The notes beneath the pieces are model-generated. The model was not told the origin of the DNA, did not search any database, and was given only the letters and a program-made list of their open reading frames with translations. This document shows positions 16,502-24,791 of a stretch of DNA of 46,440 nt, one piece after another. Within the stretch, counting starts at the first letter, position 1. Each line of letters starts with the position of its first letter. This DNA is from Patescibacteria group bacterium (GTDB lineage: Bacteria > Patescibacteriota > Microgenomatia > UBA1400 > PJMF01): positions 1-46,440 of the forward strand of contig JAHIVK010000041.1 in the NCBI GenBank assembly GCA_018816385.1. Reading direction: 5' to 3'. The translations under genes were made by a program, and so were the position numbers.

Positions 16502-17164
16502 ATGAAACAACATCGTCATAAATTTAACTTTCATTATCATCTTTGCAAGTTCATCATGGGCGTGGGAGTTGGAAGCTTATTTCTGATTGTTGGTTTAACT
16601 GGATTGGGAACGTTCAATATCTCTTTTGTTTCTGATGTACGGGCAGTGGCCTGTACTCCGCCTCAATGCGGGACAGATGGTTGTTATGATAAGTGCGGAG
16701 GTGGCTGTACTTATCAGGGTCAATGCATTAGTAATCGCTTGTGTCAAGTTTCCACCGTTGGGAAAGAAAGGTGGTTGGTGCTTTCAGTAGCAGGATGTGG
16801 TTCAACCGTGGTGGGCAAAATCAAGATGCCCGATGGGGTAGCGGACTATAACGCTCAAGCCGCCCTAGGCGGAGGTAGAATCGGCGTTATCCTGTTTGCC
16901 TCTCGCCTGCTTAACATCTTAACCATTATTGCCGGCCTGTGGGTGATGGCCAACTTTATGATAGGTGGTTTTGAGTTTGTGGTGGGTGCTGGCAACGCCG
17001 AAACCATGGGCAAAGTTAAAGAAAAAATTATGTTTAGCTTAGTGGGCATTATTTTGATCGTGGCCGCCTACAGCGTGGCCGGCGTCATTGGCCTCATCTT
17101 CTTTGGCGATGCCGGCTTTATCTTGAAACCCGACATCAGTCAATATGGAGCCTTGGCGCCTTAA
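16502..17164 (+). CDS. T4SS pilin-like protein with an N-terminal Cys-rich module (paralogue 5)
   Basis: CTPPQCGTDGCYDKCGGGCTYQGQC is followed by LWVMANFMIGGFEFVVGAGNAETMGKVKEKIMFSLVGIILIVAAY. A partial cassette lies at 16454-16480. Confidence 0.65.
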   Translation: MKQHRHKFNFHYHLCKFIMGVGVGSLFLIVGLTGLGTFNISFVSDVRAVACTPPQCGTDGCYDKCGGGCTYQGQCISNRLCQVSTVGKERWLVLSVAGCGSTVVGKIKMPDGVADYNAQAALGGGRIGVILFASRLLNILTIIAGLWVMANFMIGGFEFVVGAGNAETMGKVKEKIMFSLVGIILIVAAYSVAGVIGLIFFGDAGFILKPDISQYGALAP

Positions 17165-17328
17165 AAAATAGGTATCAATGTGAGGTATATTAAACTTAAA
17201 TCAACGCTTCCCTTATTTTGCCACAGGTCTAATGCAAATTTGAACGGCGCAAGTTCTATAAAACTTAGGTATAATTAAATAGAGTGGTGATAAAATAGAC
17301 TTGTCGCGAAATAAGAAACGAGTTAATT

Positions 17329-17709
17329 ATGCCTCAGACAACCCTCCAGCTAGCTCAATTTGGCGATCAAGGTCTCATGCCACCAGTGGTTAACGATTAC
17401 ACCAGGGGTGTAGCTGAAGGTGAAACAGCTTTTTCCAGTTTGGAGTTAATTATTTCCAACGTGATTGGCCTGCTCACCACCATTGGTGCCATCATGTTCA
17501 TCCTCTACTTTATCTTGGGAGCCATTAGTTGGATCGGCTCTGGTGGCGATAAGGGCAAGCTAGAGTCTGCCCGCAATCAGATGATGCATGGAGCGCTGGG
17601 CTTGATCATTATTGTGAGCGCTTATGCCATCATTGGCTTGATTGGCCGAGTGGTAGGATTGGATATCTTGAGTCTGGCCGATCAGCTAAAAAAGTTAACA
17701 CCTAACTGA
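17329..17709 (+). CDS. T4SS pilin-like protein (paralogue 6)
   Basis: FILYFILGAISWIGSGGDKGKLESARNQMMHGALGLIIIVSAY. The ATG is supplied by a full cassette at 17296-17331. Confidence 0.7.
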   Translation: MPQTTLQLAQFGDQGLMPPVVNDYTRGVAEGETAFSSLELIISNVIGLLTTIGAIMFILYFILGAISWIGSGGDKGKLESARNQMMHGALGLIIIVSAYAIIGLIGRVVGLDILSLADQLKKLTPN

Positions 17710-17801
17710 ATTGGATCTTATAAATAAACAAGGCAAATATAGATTGGTGGCAAAATAAAAAAATAGCCGATTAGATCTGTCGAAAAATAAGAAACGAGTT
17801 C

Positions 17802-18353
17802 ATGATGAATAAATTTAAGAGCGCTTTAGTTAATTTTGATCACAATAGCCAAAGATTTTCTTTTTCAATTAGTCAAGTTAGTACGAAGGTGCCATTTCTT
17901 AAATTGTTACTCACGATCGTGGTTGGATCTGCTTTTTTACTCAACACTGCCTTTTCCAATCCTGTTCGGGCCGATATTATCAATCCGGCCGTTGGCACCT
18001 TGGGTGGCTGTCAGCCTGGTGACGGTGAGTGTGTGGAAAATCCAGTGGCCATTGACCAAGTTAAGTCCGGCGCCACTTTTCTGTTGCAGTTTGTTAAACT
18101 CTGGCGCAACACCATCAACCTGGGCGCCATCATGGTCCTGCTTTACTTTATTTGGGGAGCGGTGGAGTGGATTAGCTCTGGAGGTGACAAAAATAAGCTG
18201 GAGAGTGCTCGCAACAAGATGTTGCATGCAGTCTTGGGGCTGATTATCCTGGTGAGCTCGTTTGTGATCATTGGTTTTATTAGCGGTGGTCTGTTTGCCA
18301 AAAATTTTGATATATTAAATCTGCAGTTTTTTACCCCGGGAGAGGGCTCATAG
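17802..18353 (+). CDS. T4SS pilin-like protein (paralogue 7)
   Basis: VLLYFIWGAVEWISSGGDKNKLESARNKMLHAVLGLIILVSSF. It has a signal anchor. The cassette lies at 17772-17804. Confidence 0.7.
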   Translation: MMNKFKSALVNFDHNSQRFSFSISQVSTKVPFLKLLLTIVVGSAFLLNTAFSNPVRADIINPAVGTLGGCQPGDGECVENPVAIDQVKSGATFLLQFVKLWRNTINLGAIMVLLYFIWGAVEWISSGGDKNKLESARNKMLHAVLGLIILVSSFVIIGFISGGLFAKNFDILNLQFFTPGEGS

Positions 18354-18455
18354 AATTTGGCAGTGAAAAACAAAATATCAGACATAAAATCAAATCAGAT
18401 AAACTGATAGCTAGTTATAAAGAGACCTGTAGCGAAATTAAGAAACGAGTTAATT

Positions 18456-18968
18456 ATGCCTCAAACTTTACTGCTCGCCTCTACTCAACTGGCCGAGGCC
18501 CTGCCTTTTAACATTGGAGAAAAGGCCCAGGACATTATTCCCATGATCGGGGCCAGCAACTCCGGCGATGACTCGTACCGTTCCAACTTTTCATATCTTG
18601 TCACCAGTCTGATGAGCTTCATCATGGCCATCGCCGCTCTGGCCGTCCTGTTGTTTTTGCTGTTTGGAGCCATCGAATGGATTAGTTCCGGCGGCGATAA
18701 AAACAAACTGGAGTCCGCCCGCAACAAGATGATGCACGCGGCTTTAGGAATTATTATTCTCTCGGCTACCACCGCTATCTTTATGGTCATCCAACAGTTT
18801 GTGGGCATTAGAGTGATTAATTTTGTTGGAGGAAGCGCGCCAAATTACTCTTATGCTTGCATGGATGTACATGCTTGTGGAATCATAAATGGTAATGTGG
18901 TAGTTGATAATAACGGCACTTGTCGGGGCGGATGTGCTCATTCTAATATCTGTTGTCAATCTAATTAG
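18456..18968 (+). CDS. T4SS pilin-like protein with a C-terminal Cys-rich extension (paralogue 8)
   Basis: LLFLLFGAIEWISSGGDKNKLESARNKMMHAALGIIILSATT, then ...YACMDVHACG...GTCRGGCAHSNICCQSN. The cassette lies at 18421-18458. Confidence 0.7.
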   Translation: MPQTLLLASTQLAEALPFNIGEKAQDIIPMIGASNSGDDSYRSNFSYLVTSLMSFIMAIAALAVLLFLLFGAIEWISSGGDKNKLESARNKMMHAALGIIILSATTAIFMVIQQFVGIRVINFVGGSAPNYSYACMDVHACGIINGNVVVDNNGTCRGGCAHSNICCQSN

Positions 18969-18989
18969 TAGTCATTAAAAAATCCGAGC

Positions 18990-19019
18990 TTGACTATTGA
19001 GAAATCTACCCTATATAAT
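18990..19019 (+). promoter_or_regulatory. Near-consensus sigma70-type promoter upstream of pilin paralogue 9
   Basis: TTGACT (18990-18995) and TATAAT (19014-19019) are 18 nt apart; the alternative -10 TATATA is 16 nt away. AAGGA lies 9 nt before the ATG at 19080. Confidence 0.5.
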
Positions 19020-19079
19020 GAAATTATCTAATCGCTACTTAAAAAAGTCTGGTACTAACATAAAAAAGGATATATATAT

Positions 19080-19517
19080 ATGAAACAGACACTGCAAAAA
19101 TACGGGTTGACGGCCGTTGTCACCCTAGCCGGCTTGGCTTCAAGCGCGGGAGCCGTCTTTGCCCAAGCTGGTGGCAATACGGGTATTAATATCGGTACCA
19201 CTACACTAGCTAAAGGCTTTGCCGGTGATTTGGGCTCAATCATTACTGGGGCGCTGGGCTTCATCATGGCCATTGCCGCTCTGTTGGTTTTTCTCTACCT
19301 GATTTTGGGAGGCATCCAGTGGATTACCTCCGGTGGAGACAAAGGCAAGACGGAAGAGGCTCGCAACAAGATCACGTCAGCGGTGATTGGTTTAATTGTG
19401 CTGGCCGCGGCCTACGCTGTCCTGCAAATTATGTTGGGATTCCTTGGCTTAACTTCTATCACTGATGCTTTCAAGAATATTAAAGTGATTGATAGTACAA
19501 GAGATGGACCTGTCTAA
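19080..19517 (+). CDS. T4SS pilin-like protein (paralogue 9), candidate major pilin
   Basis: Signal peptide ending VFAQA|GG. LVFLYLILGGIQWITSGGDKGKTEEARNKITSAVIGLIVLAAAY. It has its own promoter-like site and is followed by a strong intrinsic terminator. Confidence 0.7.
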   Translation: MKQTLQKYGLTAVVTLAGLASSAGAVFAQAGGNTGINIGTTTLAKGFAGDLGSIITGALGFIMAIAALLVFLYLILGGIQWITSGGDKGKTEEARNKITSAVIGLIVLAAAYAVLQIMLGFLGLTSITDAFKNIKVIDSTRDGPV

Positions 19518-19538
19518 TTGGGGTTTTTTGGTGAAGTT

Positions 19539-19574
19539 TAAACCCCCTGCCTTTTGGTAGGGGGTTTTTGATTT
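19539..19574 (+). terminator. Rho-independent terminator after pilin paralogue 9
   Basis: AAACCCCCTGCC-TTTT-GGTAGGGGGTTT forms a 12-bp stem (one G-U pair) with a 4-nt loop, running into TTTTTGATTTT. Confidence 0.8.
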
Positions 19575-19783
19575 TAACACGAGGTTTTGCACTGCTTGAT
19601 TATTCCTGACTTCGCCAATTACGTTACCCAACAGCCTGAAAACATTTAGCGAAAGTTAATACCTGACTTTCGTACTTAACCCAGATCAGGCTTATCACTG
19701 GTTCTCTTATTTTGGGACAGGTCTACCAAACCAACTCACTGCGAGTTCGTGTTTCCCATCAGAATAAGGTATAATCAACCATT

Positions 19784-20302
19784 ATGACAATTAAAAAAAA
19801 TCTGGCTGTCTTTTCCCTAATCTTTGGGTTGGCGTTGGGTCTTTTTTTTGGAGCCTCGCCCGCTCTAGCCAGTGGTTTAAAAACTAGCACTGACTCAACC
19901 TCAGGTCAAGTTGAAACCACCACTCAAGACGAGGCCACTTTTCTCACTACCAACATTGCCAATCAGGGAGTAGCTGAAACTCTCTTCACTTTGCCAGTGG
20001 GTTTTGCCAGAAACCTAGGCATCTGGATCACTGGTGTGGCAAGTTTATTGATTGCCATCATTGTGTTACTGGTTTTCTTCCAGCTGATCATGGGCGGCTT
20101 CTCCTGGATAACTTCAGGCGGAGATAAGGGCAAAACTGATGAAGCCAGAAACAGATTGGTGGCGGCCATTATTGGTCTATTAATCATCGCCGCTTCATAT
20201 GCAGTGTTAGTTGTGCTACTTAGATTCATAGGTTTTGAATCAGTCAGCGATGCTTTTAATAACATTCGACCCATCAGCTCTAATCCTAGTGTCCTCAGAT
20301 AA
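19784..20302 (+). CDS. T4SS pilin-like protein (paralogue 10)
   Basis: Signal peptide ending ALA|SG. VFFQLIMGGFSWITSGGDKGKTDEARNRLVAAIIGLLIIAASY. A TATAAT at 19770-19775 ends 8 nt before the ATG. Confidence 0.7.
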   Translation: MTIKKNLAVFSLIFGLALGLFFGASPALASGLKTSTDSTSGQVETTTQDEATFLTTNIANQGVAETLFTLPVGFARNLGIWITGVASLLIAIIVLLVFFQLIMGGFSWITSGGDKGKTDEARNRLVAAIIGLLIIAASYAVLVVLLRFIGFESVSDAFNNIRPISSNPSVLR

Positions 20303-20310
20303 TCAAAGCT

Positions 20311-20724
20311 ATGTTTAGCCTCAAACTGTTCAAGCTAACTTGCAAAACTCTTAGCACTTCCGCTATAGCCTTATTGTTGAGCGCCTCGCCCATCTATGCT
20401 CAACAAAGAGCTTGGACAGGAGTCTGCGTCGGAAGCGCTGATAGCGATGTGGCCACGATTCAGGGCCTGGAGTGTTTGATTGCCAATGTCTTTACAGTCA
20501 TCATCACTCTAATTGGCGTAGCGGCCTTTGTCATGTTTGTAGTTGGATCTCTAACCTGGTTAACTGCTGGTGGCAATTCCAACAACATGGAAAAGGCCAA
20601 AAAATCTTTTACTTACGCCGTGGTGGGCATCGTGGTGGCTTTAAGCGCTTTTATTATCATCAATTTGATTGCCTCTTTTACCGGCGTCAACATTATTCGC
20701 AACTTCTCCATTCCCACTTCTTAA
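20311..20724 (+). CDS. T4SS pilin-like protein (paralogue 11)
   Basis: Signal peptide ending IYAQQ. FVMFVVGSLTWLTAGGNSNNMEKAKKSFTYAVVGIVVALSAF. Confidence 0.65.
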   Translation: MFSLKLFKLTCKTLSTSAIALLLSASPIYAQQRAWTGVCVGSADSDVATIQGLECLIANVFTVIITLIGVAAFVMFVVGSLTWLTAGGNSNNMEKAKKSFTYAVVGIVVALSAFIIINLIASFTGVNIIRNFSIPTS

Positions 20725-20865
20725 TTTGGGTTTTTAGGTATATCTAATCAAGCTTGAAAATTTGATCCGGTTGGTTGCTGACGGTCTTGCTTATTCTACG
20801 AAGCTCATATAAGTTACACTATTAAAACATGGTGATTGGGTTGATTAAACCAGATTTGCTATATA

Positions 20866-23800
20866 ATGGCAAATGTGAAACGCAGTTTAATCGTCTTGAT
20901 TATTTTGTTTTTTCTTGGCCAGGCAGTCAAGCCTGTTCGGGCCTATGGAATCGCTGAACTCAAGGCTGATCTTGATTTTTTGGGCACAGTCTCCATTGGC
21001 AAACTGCTCTTCGTTCCCTTTGGCTCAAACCCTGACCCTAATTTCGTCAAACACCGACTTGATGACCAACAAATTGATTATTTGTGTGATGGTGATTGCA
21101 CCAGCAAGAACATTGGGGCGAATTTTGGTACCTTCTACAAAAATGGGAAATATGAAAAAGCTCGAAACCACAAAATGAACTGGACACTGGAAATTGCCCA
21201 AGCAGGCAGCGCTCAAGCCATTGCTGACGTCATTAACAGTGAGGGCATTAATAACGTTGTCATACGTATCGGCGTAAGTGGCAGTAGTTTTGGTTTTGAC
21301 GATCCCAATACTTATGCCGCCTTTTTGGCAGACATTGCCAGCAAAGTGGGAGGGAAAACTTTTTATGCCATTGCTGGACCTAACGAACCCGATATCGAAA
21401 CCTGGGCCACTCCTGGATGCTCTCCAGCCAATGGTAGCGACAGCCCCAATGCCAGAGCAGCTTTTTATGAATGCGCTGGCCCTCAATTGGCCGATTACAT
21501 GAACGCCGTTATTGCTTACAAACCCAATGGCGTCAAGTTGCTCTCCCCCGCTTTTAATCTGACAAGCTTCATGTTTAACGATGATACTGGCCAACCGGAC
21601 GGTCTTCCCCTGGCGATGTTGCGCCACGGAGCCAATTTCACCGGACTCGATGCCATTGCTGGGAATATTTATCCCAACGGCGACAGCATGCAGAATATTT
21701 GGAACAGCCACGTAGCCCCCATAATTTCCAAGCTTGGGAAGCCCGTAGTCATTACAGAGACTGGTCCTTGGGGAGTTATTAATCAACCCTTCGAGGGTTA
21801 CGATACCTCACAGTATGATTCATACAATGTTGACGACGATGAGTTTTACATCCAACCTATCAAGGGTATTATCCCAAGTTCTACCGATCCCACGACGCGA
21901 GAGCTGTGGGGAGTAGGTGGCAGCAGACAAACTAGCGTAATCAGAGACGATTTGATTAAACAAGGTTATGAAGCACACTGTGCTACACCAGGTTTCAAAA
22001 TTGTTTTTGAAAAAATTGGCCAACAATGGATGGATACATTTCTGAAATTACCCAACACCCCAATTGGGGTTGCTTATGGAGCTTCTATTTTATACCCGAG
22101 CAATGCCGATTGGCTGGTGGAAGGAACTCCTTTTCGCTCTACTTTAACCGTTGATTATCAAGAACTTTTAACTCCTTTATTTAGAGATGTCTCAGATAAA
22201 AAATTTCTCATGACGTCACTGGAAGAATTTTTTGGGTACAAAGATCAAGCCGAAAATCCCAGTGATGCAGAAATTAACTCAAGTGCGATTAACTCTCTAC
22301 TTACCAACCAACAGCGTTGCATTTTATCGGTGAATATGCTGCTTAAAGAAAAAGAAATGTGCCAAAAATTGGTTAATCCTAACAGTTGCGCTCTTTACCC
22401 CAGGCCTGTTACTAATACCGACTGGACGGTAAAACAAACACTGGATAATTACCAAACATTTGTTAATCAGCATCAAAGCGATTTGATTCAAGAGAAGCTG
22501 AGCGGACAGGCAGATGATCCAGACACCATTCGGTATGTATGTCGGGAACTGGTGGCCAGTAATCAGCCCTATGTCGACGAGGAATTAAAATCAGCCCTTT
22601 TACAAGTACCTCTCACCTTAGACCGAAGTTACAGACTGGCTTTTTTGGTCACAACTATTGAAATGAAATATACCAAAGGTACTAAAAGTATTTTTAATTT
22701 ATATGAGCATCCTAACGCCGGATTCTTCTCTGGGGGTCCAAGCAAACCCAAGCATGGCATTTTGGTAACCGCTTTTAAAGTTCCAGATATTACTACTAAT
22801 CAAGGAAGTGGTGGAAATGGCAATACAGCTTGGCTTGACGCGGCCAGCCTAACTAGAAATTCTCTTTTAACCAAAGAACAAATTGAAAAAGTTAATGAAA
22901 ATGACGCTGATCGAACGGAAGAAATGCTGCAAGAAGCTAAAAAATATGATGTAGATAGTCAAACCTCAAGCGACGAGATCTTTTGTATTGTTGGTCAAGC
23001 CGCCGGCGGCGTTGGTGCCCCCGAATGCCACGACCCACTTAGTAAGGCTTTAACAGATATCGTTAATACTCAGGCCAATATTAGCAAGAGTGGAAGTTCG
23101 GACTACAACCTGTTTGAAACCGAGTGTCCTGAGTTAGATAGAGAGTCTAACGACACCATTAGTGACCTAGGATCTTTTGGGGACACTAGTTTAGATAGCA
23201 AACTTTATACCACCGAATTTGGTGCTGATTTGCTTAATCAGTTATTTATTGACTCAACGCATCTGCTCAACAAAGATGAGAGCAAACCAAATACGCAATT
23301 TGCGGAAACTTGGAGAGAAGGCGATCCAGAATATGAAGATCATAATCCTTGGGGAGGATTAAATGACTGGGGATTAAAGAATATCTTTTATGTCGTTCCC
23401 AAAATGAAAGAAGCCGGCTGGCCATATAGTGACTGTTGTGATCCAGTAGAGGTTAAGCATTTTCTTGTTTATCCAGAGGGATACACCTTAAAAACTATTG
23501 AGGAAACTTTGGCCGGAAGCTTCTTTAGTCAAGACCAGCTTGCCAGCCTACAAACTAAGTCTGAAGAATATGATCGTTTTGATAGTCACGGCTCCCAAGT
23601 AACATTTGAAGGAGCAACTTTTAATAAGAACTTTGATGATTATTCAAATGAACCACCCAATACGCCGGTTGAGGGTCAACCGGAGTGCGCACATGAAAGA
23701 ACAATTGGCTATGATAAACTTGGCAATCCAATTACGGAAACTTACTATGCCCTGCCTTGTAGAAGGAGTTTTGGTTTCCAGATTGTGCAATGGGGCAAAA

Positions 23801-24324
23801 ACTTGCAACCAGGGTTTTTGGGTGCTAAATTAGGTTTTTGGGTTAGGACCATTCAACAGCAACTTAGCAGTAGCACTAGCTCTGCCTGGAAATATTTGGA
23901 TAGCTGCGAAACAACCGAGCAATTTTTGCTTGGCAAGTGTGGAAATGCCGCGCCAGAAGTTGAACAACAAGACAGTGATAGCTGCACTGATTTAAGCTGC
24001 GCGGTTCCGGCTGAGCCAGAGCCTGAAGTCACACCATCCGCTTCTCAATCTGGAAGTTGTCTCGAAATTTGGGTTGATAATGGGATTGTTTTTGCCAAAA
24101 ATAAATGTGCTTGCTCATTTGGTGACTGGCAACTTCAAGACGCTGGGGGCGGACTTTGGTGCGGTCCACTGGGAGCTAATAATACCCTTTTTCCTTTTGA
24201 AACGAAGGGTGGTTTCTGCAGCAACACAGCGCCACCCAATCCGGTTTGCGGTTTAATTTTTGCACCCGGTGCTGACCCAGGCAATTGTTTAACGGCCAAC
24301 GAAAGAGTTTGTGTTAGCTGGTAA
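20866..24324 (+). CDS. Large secreted protein with an N-terminal clan GH-A (TIM-barrel) glycoside-hydrolase-like signature and a Cys-rich C-terminus
   Basis: Signal peptide MANVKRSLIVLIILFFLGQAVKPVRA. AIAGPNEPDIE is an NEP acid/base-like motif and KPVVITETGPWG is a TETG nucleophile-like motif, about 125 aa apart. The C-terminal ~100 aa are Cys-rich. The true start may be the in-frame GTG at 20875. Confidence 0.55.
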   Translation: MANVKRSLIVLIILFFLGQAVKPVRAYGIAELKADLDFLGTVSIGKLLFVPFGSNPDPNFVKHRLDDQQIDYLCDGDCTSKNIGANFGTFYKNGKYEKARNHKMNWTLEIAQAGSAQAIADVINSEGINNVVIRIGVSGSSFGFDDPNTYAAFLADIASKVGGKTFYAIAGPNEPDIETWATPGCSPANGSDSPNARAAFYECAGPQLADYMNAVIAYKPNGVKLLSPAFNLTSFMFNDDTGQPDGLPLAMLRHGANFTGLDAIAGNIYPNGDSMQNIWNSHVAPIISKLGKPVVITETGPWGVINQPFEGYDTSQYDSYNVDDDEFYIQPIKGIIPSSTDPTTRELWGVGGSRQTSVIRDDLIKQGYEAHCATPGFKIVFEKIGQQWMDTFLKLPNTPIGVAYGASILYPSNADWLVEGTPFRSTLTVDYQELLTPLFRDVSDKKFLMTSLEEFFGYKDQAENPSDAEINSSAINSLLTNQQRCILSVNMLLKEKEMCQKLVNPNSCALYPRPVTNTDWTVKQTLDNYQTFVNQHQSDLIQEKLSGQADDPDTIRYVCRELVASNQPYVDEELKSALLQVPLTLDRSYRLAFLVTTIEMKYTKGTKSIFNLYEHPNAGFFSGGPSKPKHGILVTAFKVPDITTNQGSGGNGNTAWLDAASLTRNSLLTKEQIEKVNENDADRTEEMLQEAKKYDVDSQTSSDEIFCIVGQAAGGVGAPECHDPLSKALTDIVNTQANISKSGSSDYNLFETECPELDRESNDTISDLGSFGDTSLDSKLYTTEFGADLLNQLFIDSTHLLNKDESKPNTQFAETWREGDPEYEDHNPWGGLNDWGLKNIFYVVPKMKEAGWPYSDCCDPVEVKHFLVYPEGYTLKTIEETLAGSFFSQDQLASLQTKSEEYDRFDSHGSQVTFEGATFNKNFDDYSNEPPNTPVEGQPECAHERTIGYDKLGNPITETYYALPCRRSFGFQIVQWGKNLQPGFLGAKLGFWVRTIQQQLSSSTSSAWKYLDSCETTEQFLLGKCGNAAPEVEQQDSDSCTDLSCAVPAEPEPEVTPSASQSGSCLEIWVDNGIVFAKNKCACSFGDWQLQDAGGGLWCGPLGANNTLFPFETKGGFCSNTAPPNPVCGLIFAPGADPGNCLTANERVCVSW

Positions 24325-24442
24325 TACTCATTGCCCACTAAGATTTTTCAATTGACCAAAGAGTAAATAAACTCAAGTATCTCTGTTTATCTAACACCAG
24401 TATTTTTATCTTGCCGACAAAATGAATCTATTAATTACGTGA

Positions 24443-24769
24443 CTAACGAAATTTTTTACCCCCGCCAACTGGACCAGTCTGATTGATCTTCTTGGTTGAT
24501 TGAGGAGTTTTAGTTGAATTAAGTTCTAAGTTACCACCTAGCTTTAATTGAGGCCTAATGGCTTCGGTCTTTTTAGTCATCTTGGCTGAGGTGTCTGAAG
24601 TAGTTTTGGGTGCGCTACCCGACCAAGTTTGAGGTTTAATCACTCTTCTGGCTCCTCTCTTGAGCAAGTCAGAAACAATAGCAAAAGTCTCGGCATTGGT
24701 AGTTCGTGATTGAAAACAATTAGACGCTTGTTCAATTCCGGCCAACAAAGGAGGCAACCACATTACCAT
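24443..24769 (-). pseudogene. 5'-truncated duplicate of the 3' third of gene 26946-27992
   Basis: LLAGIEQASNCFQSRTTNAETFAIVSDLLKRGARRVIKPQ...GGGKKFR against LLAGIEQATNCFQSRTTNAETFAVVADLLKKGARRVVKPQ...MGGRKFR. Only the last ~100 aa are represented. Confidence 0.7.
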
Positions 24770-24791
24770 TGATACTTACTTAGTCTATCCA

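Noticed and set aside
13391-20724. Diversity-generating retroelement or cassette-based antigenic variation acting on the pilin paralogues
   Set aside because: There is no reverse transcriptase ORF and no template/variable repeat pair with adenine-specific differences. The paralogues differ throughout, including at synonymous sites, rather than sharing near-identical DNA blocks.
20852-20880. TATAAT overlapping the annotated ATG of the 1152-aa gene, suggesting a leaderless GTG start at 20875
   Set aside because: The -35/-10 spacing (TTGATT-N15-TATAAT) is short and leaderless GTG starts are rare. The uncertainty is noted in the feature entry, but it is not strong enough for a finding.
21025-21786. 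253-aa minus-strand ORF inside the 1152-aa gene, and similar antisense or out-of-frame ORFs in the track (e.g. 440-679, 8244-8669, 11736-12065, 15181-15594, 17836-18243, 25197-25517, 34736-35176, 35389-35790, 40539-40847)
   Set aside because: Each is fully embedded in a longer ORF that has recognisable motifs or paralogy. None has motifs of its own. Several lie in low-complexity Gly/Pro-coding DNA, where all frames stay open.
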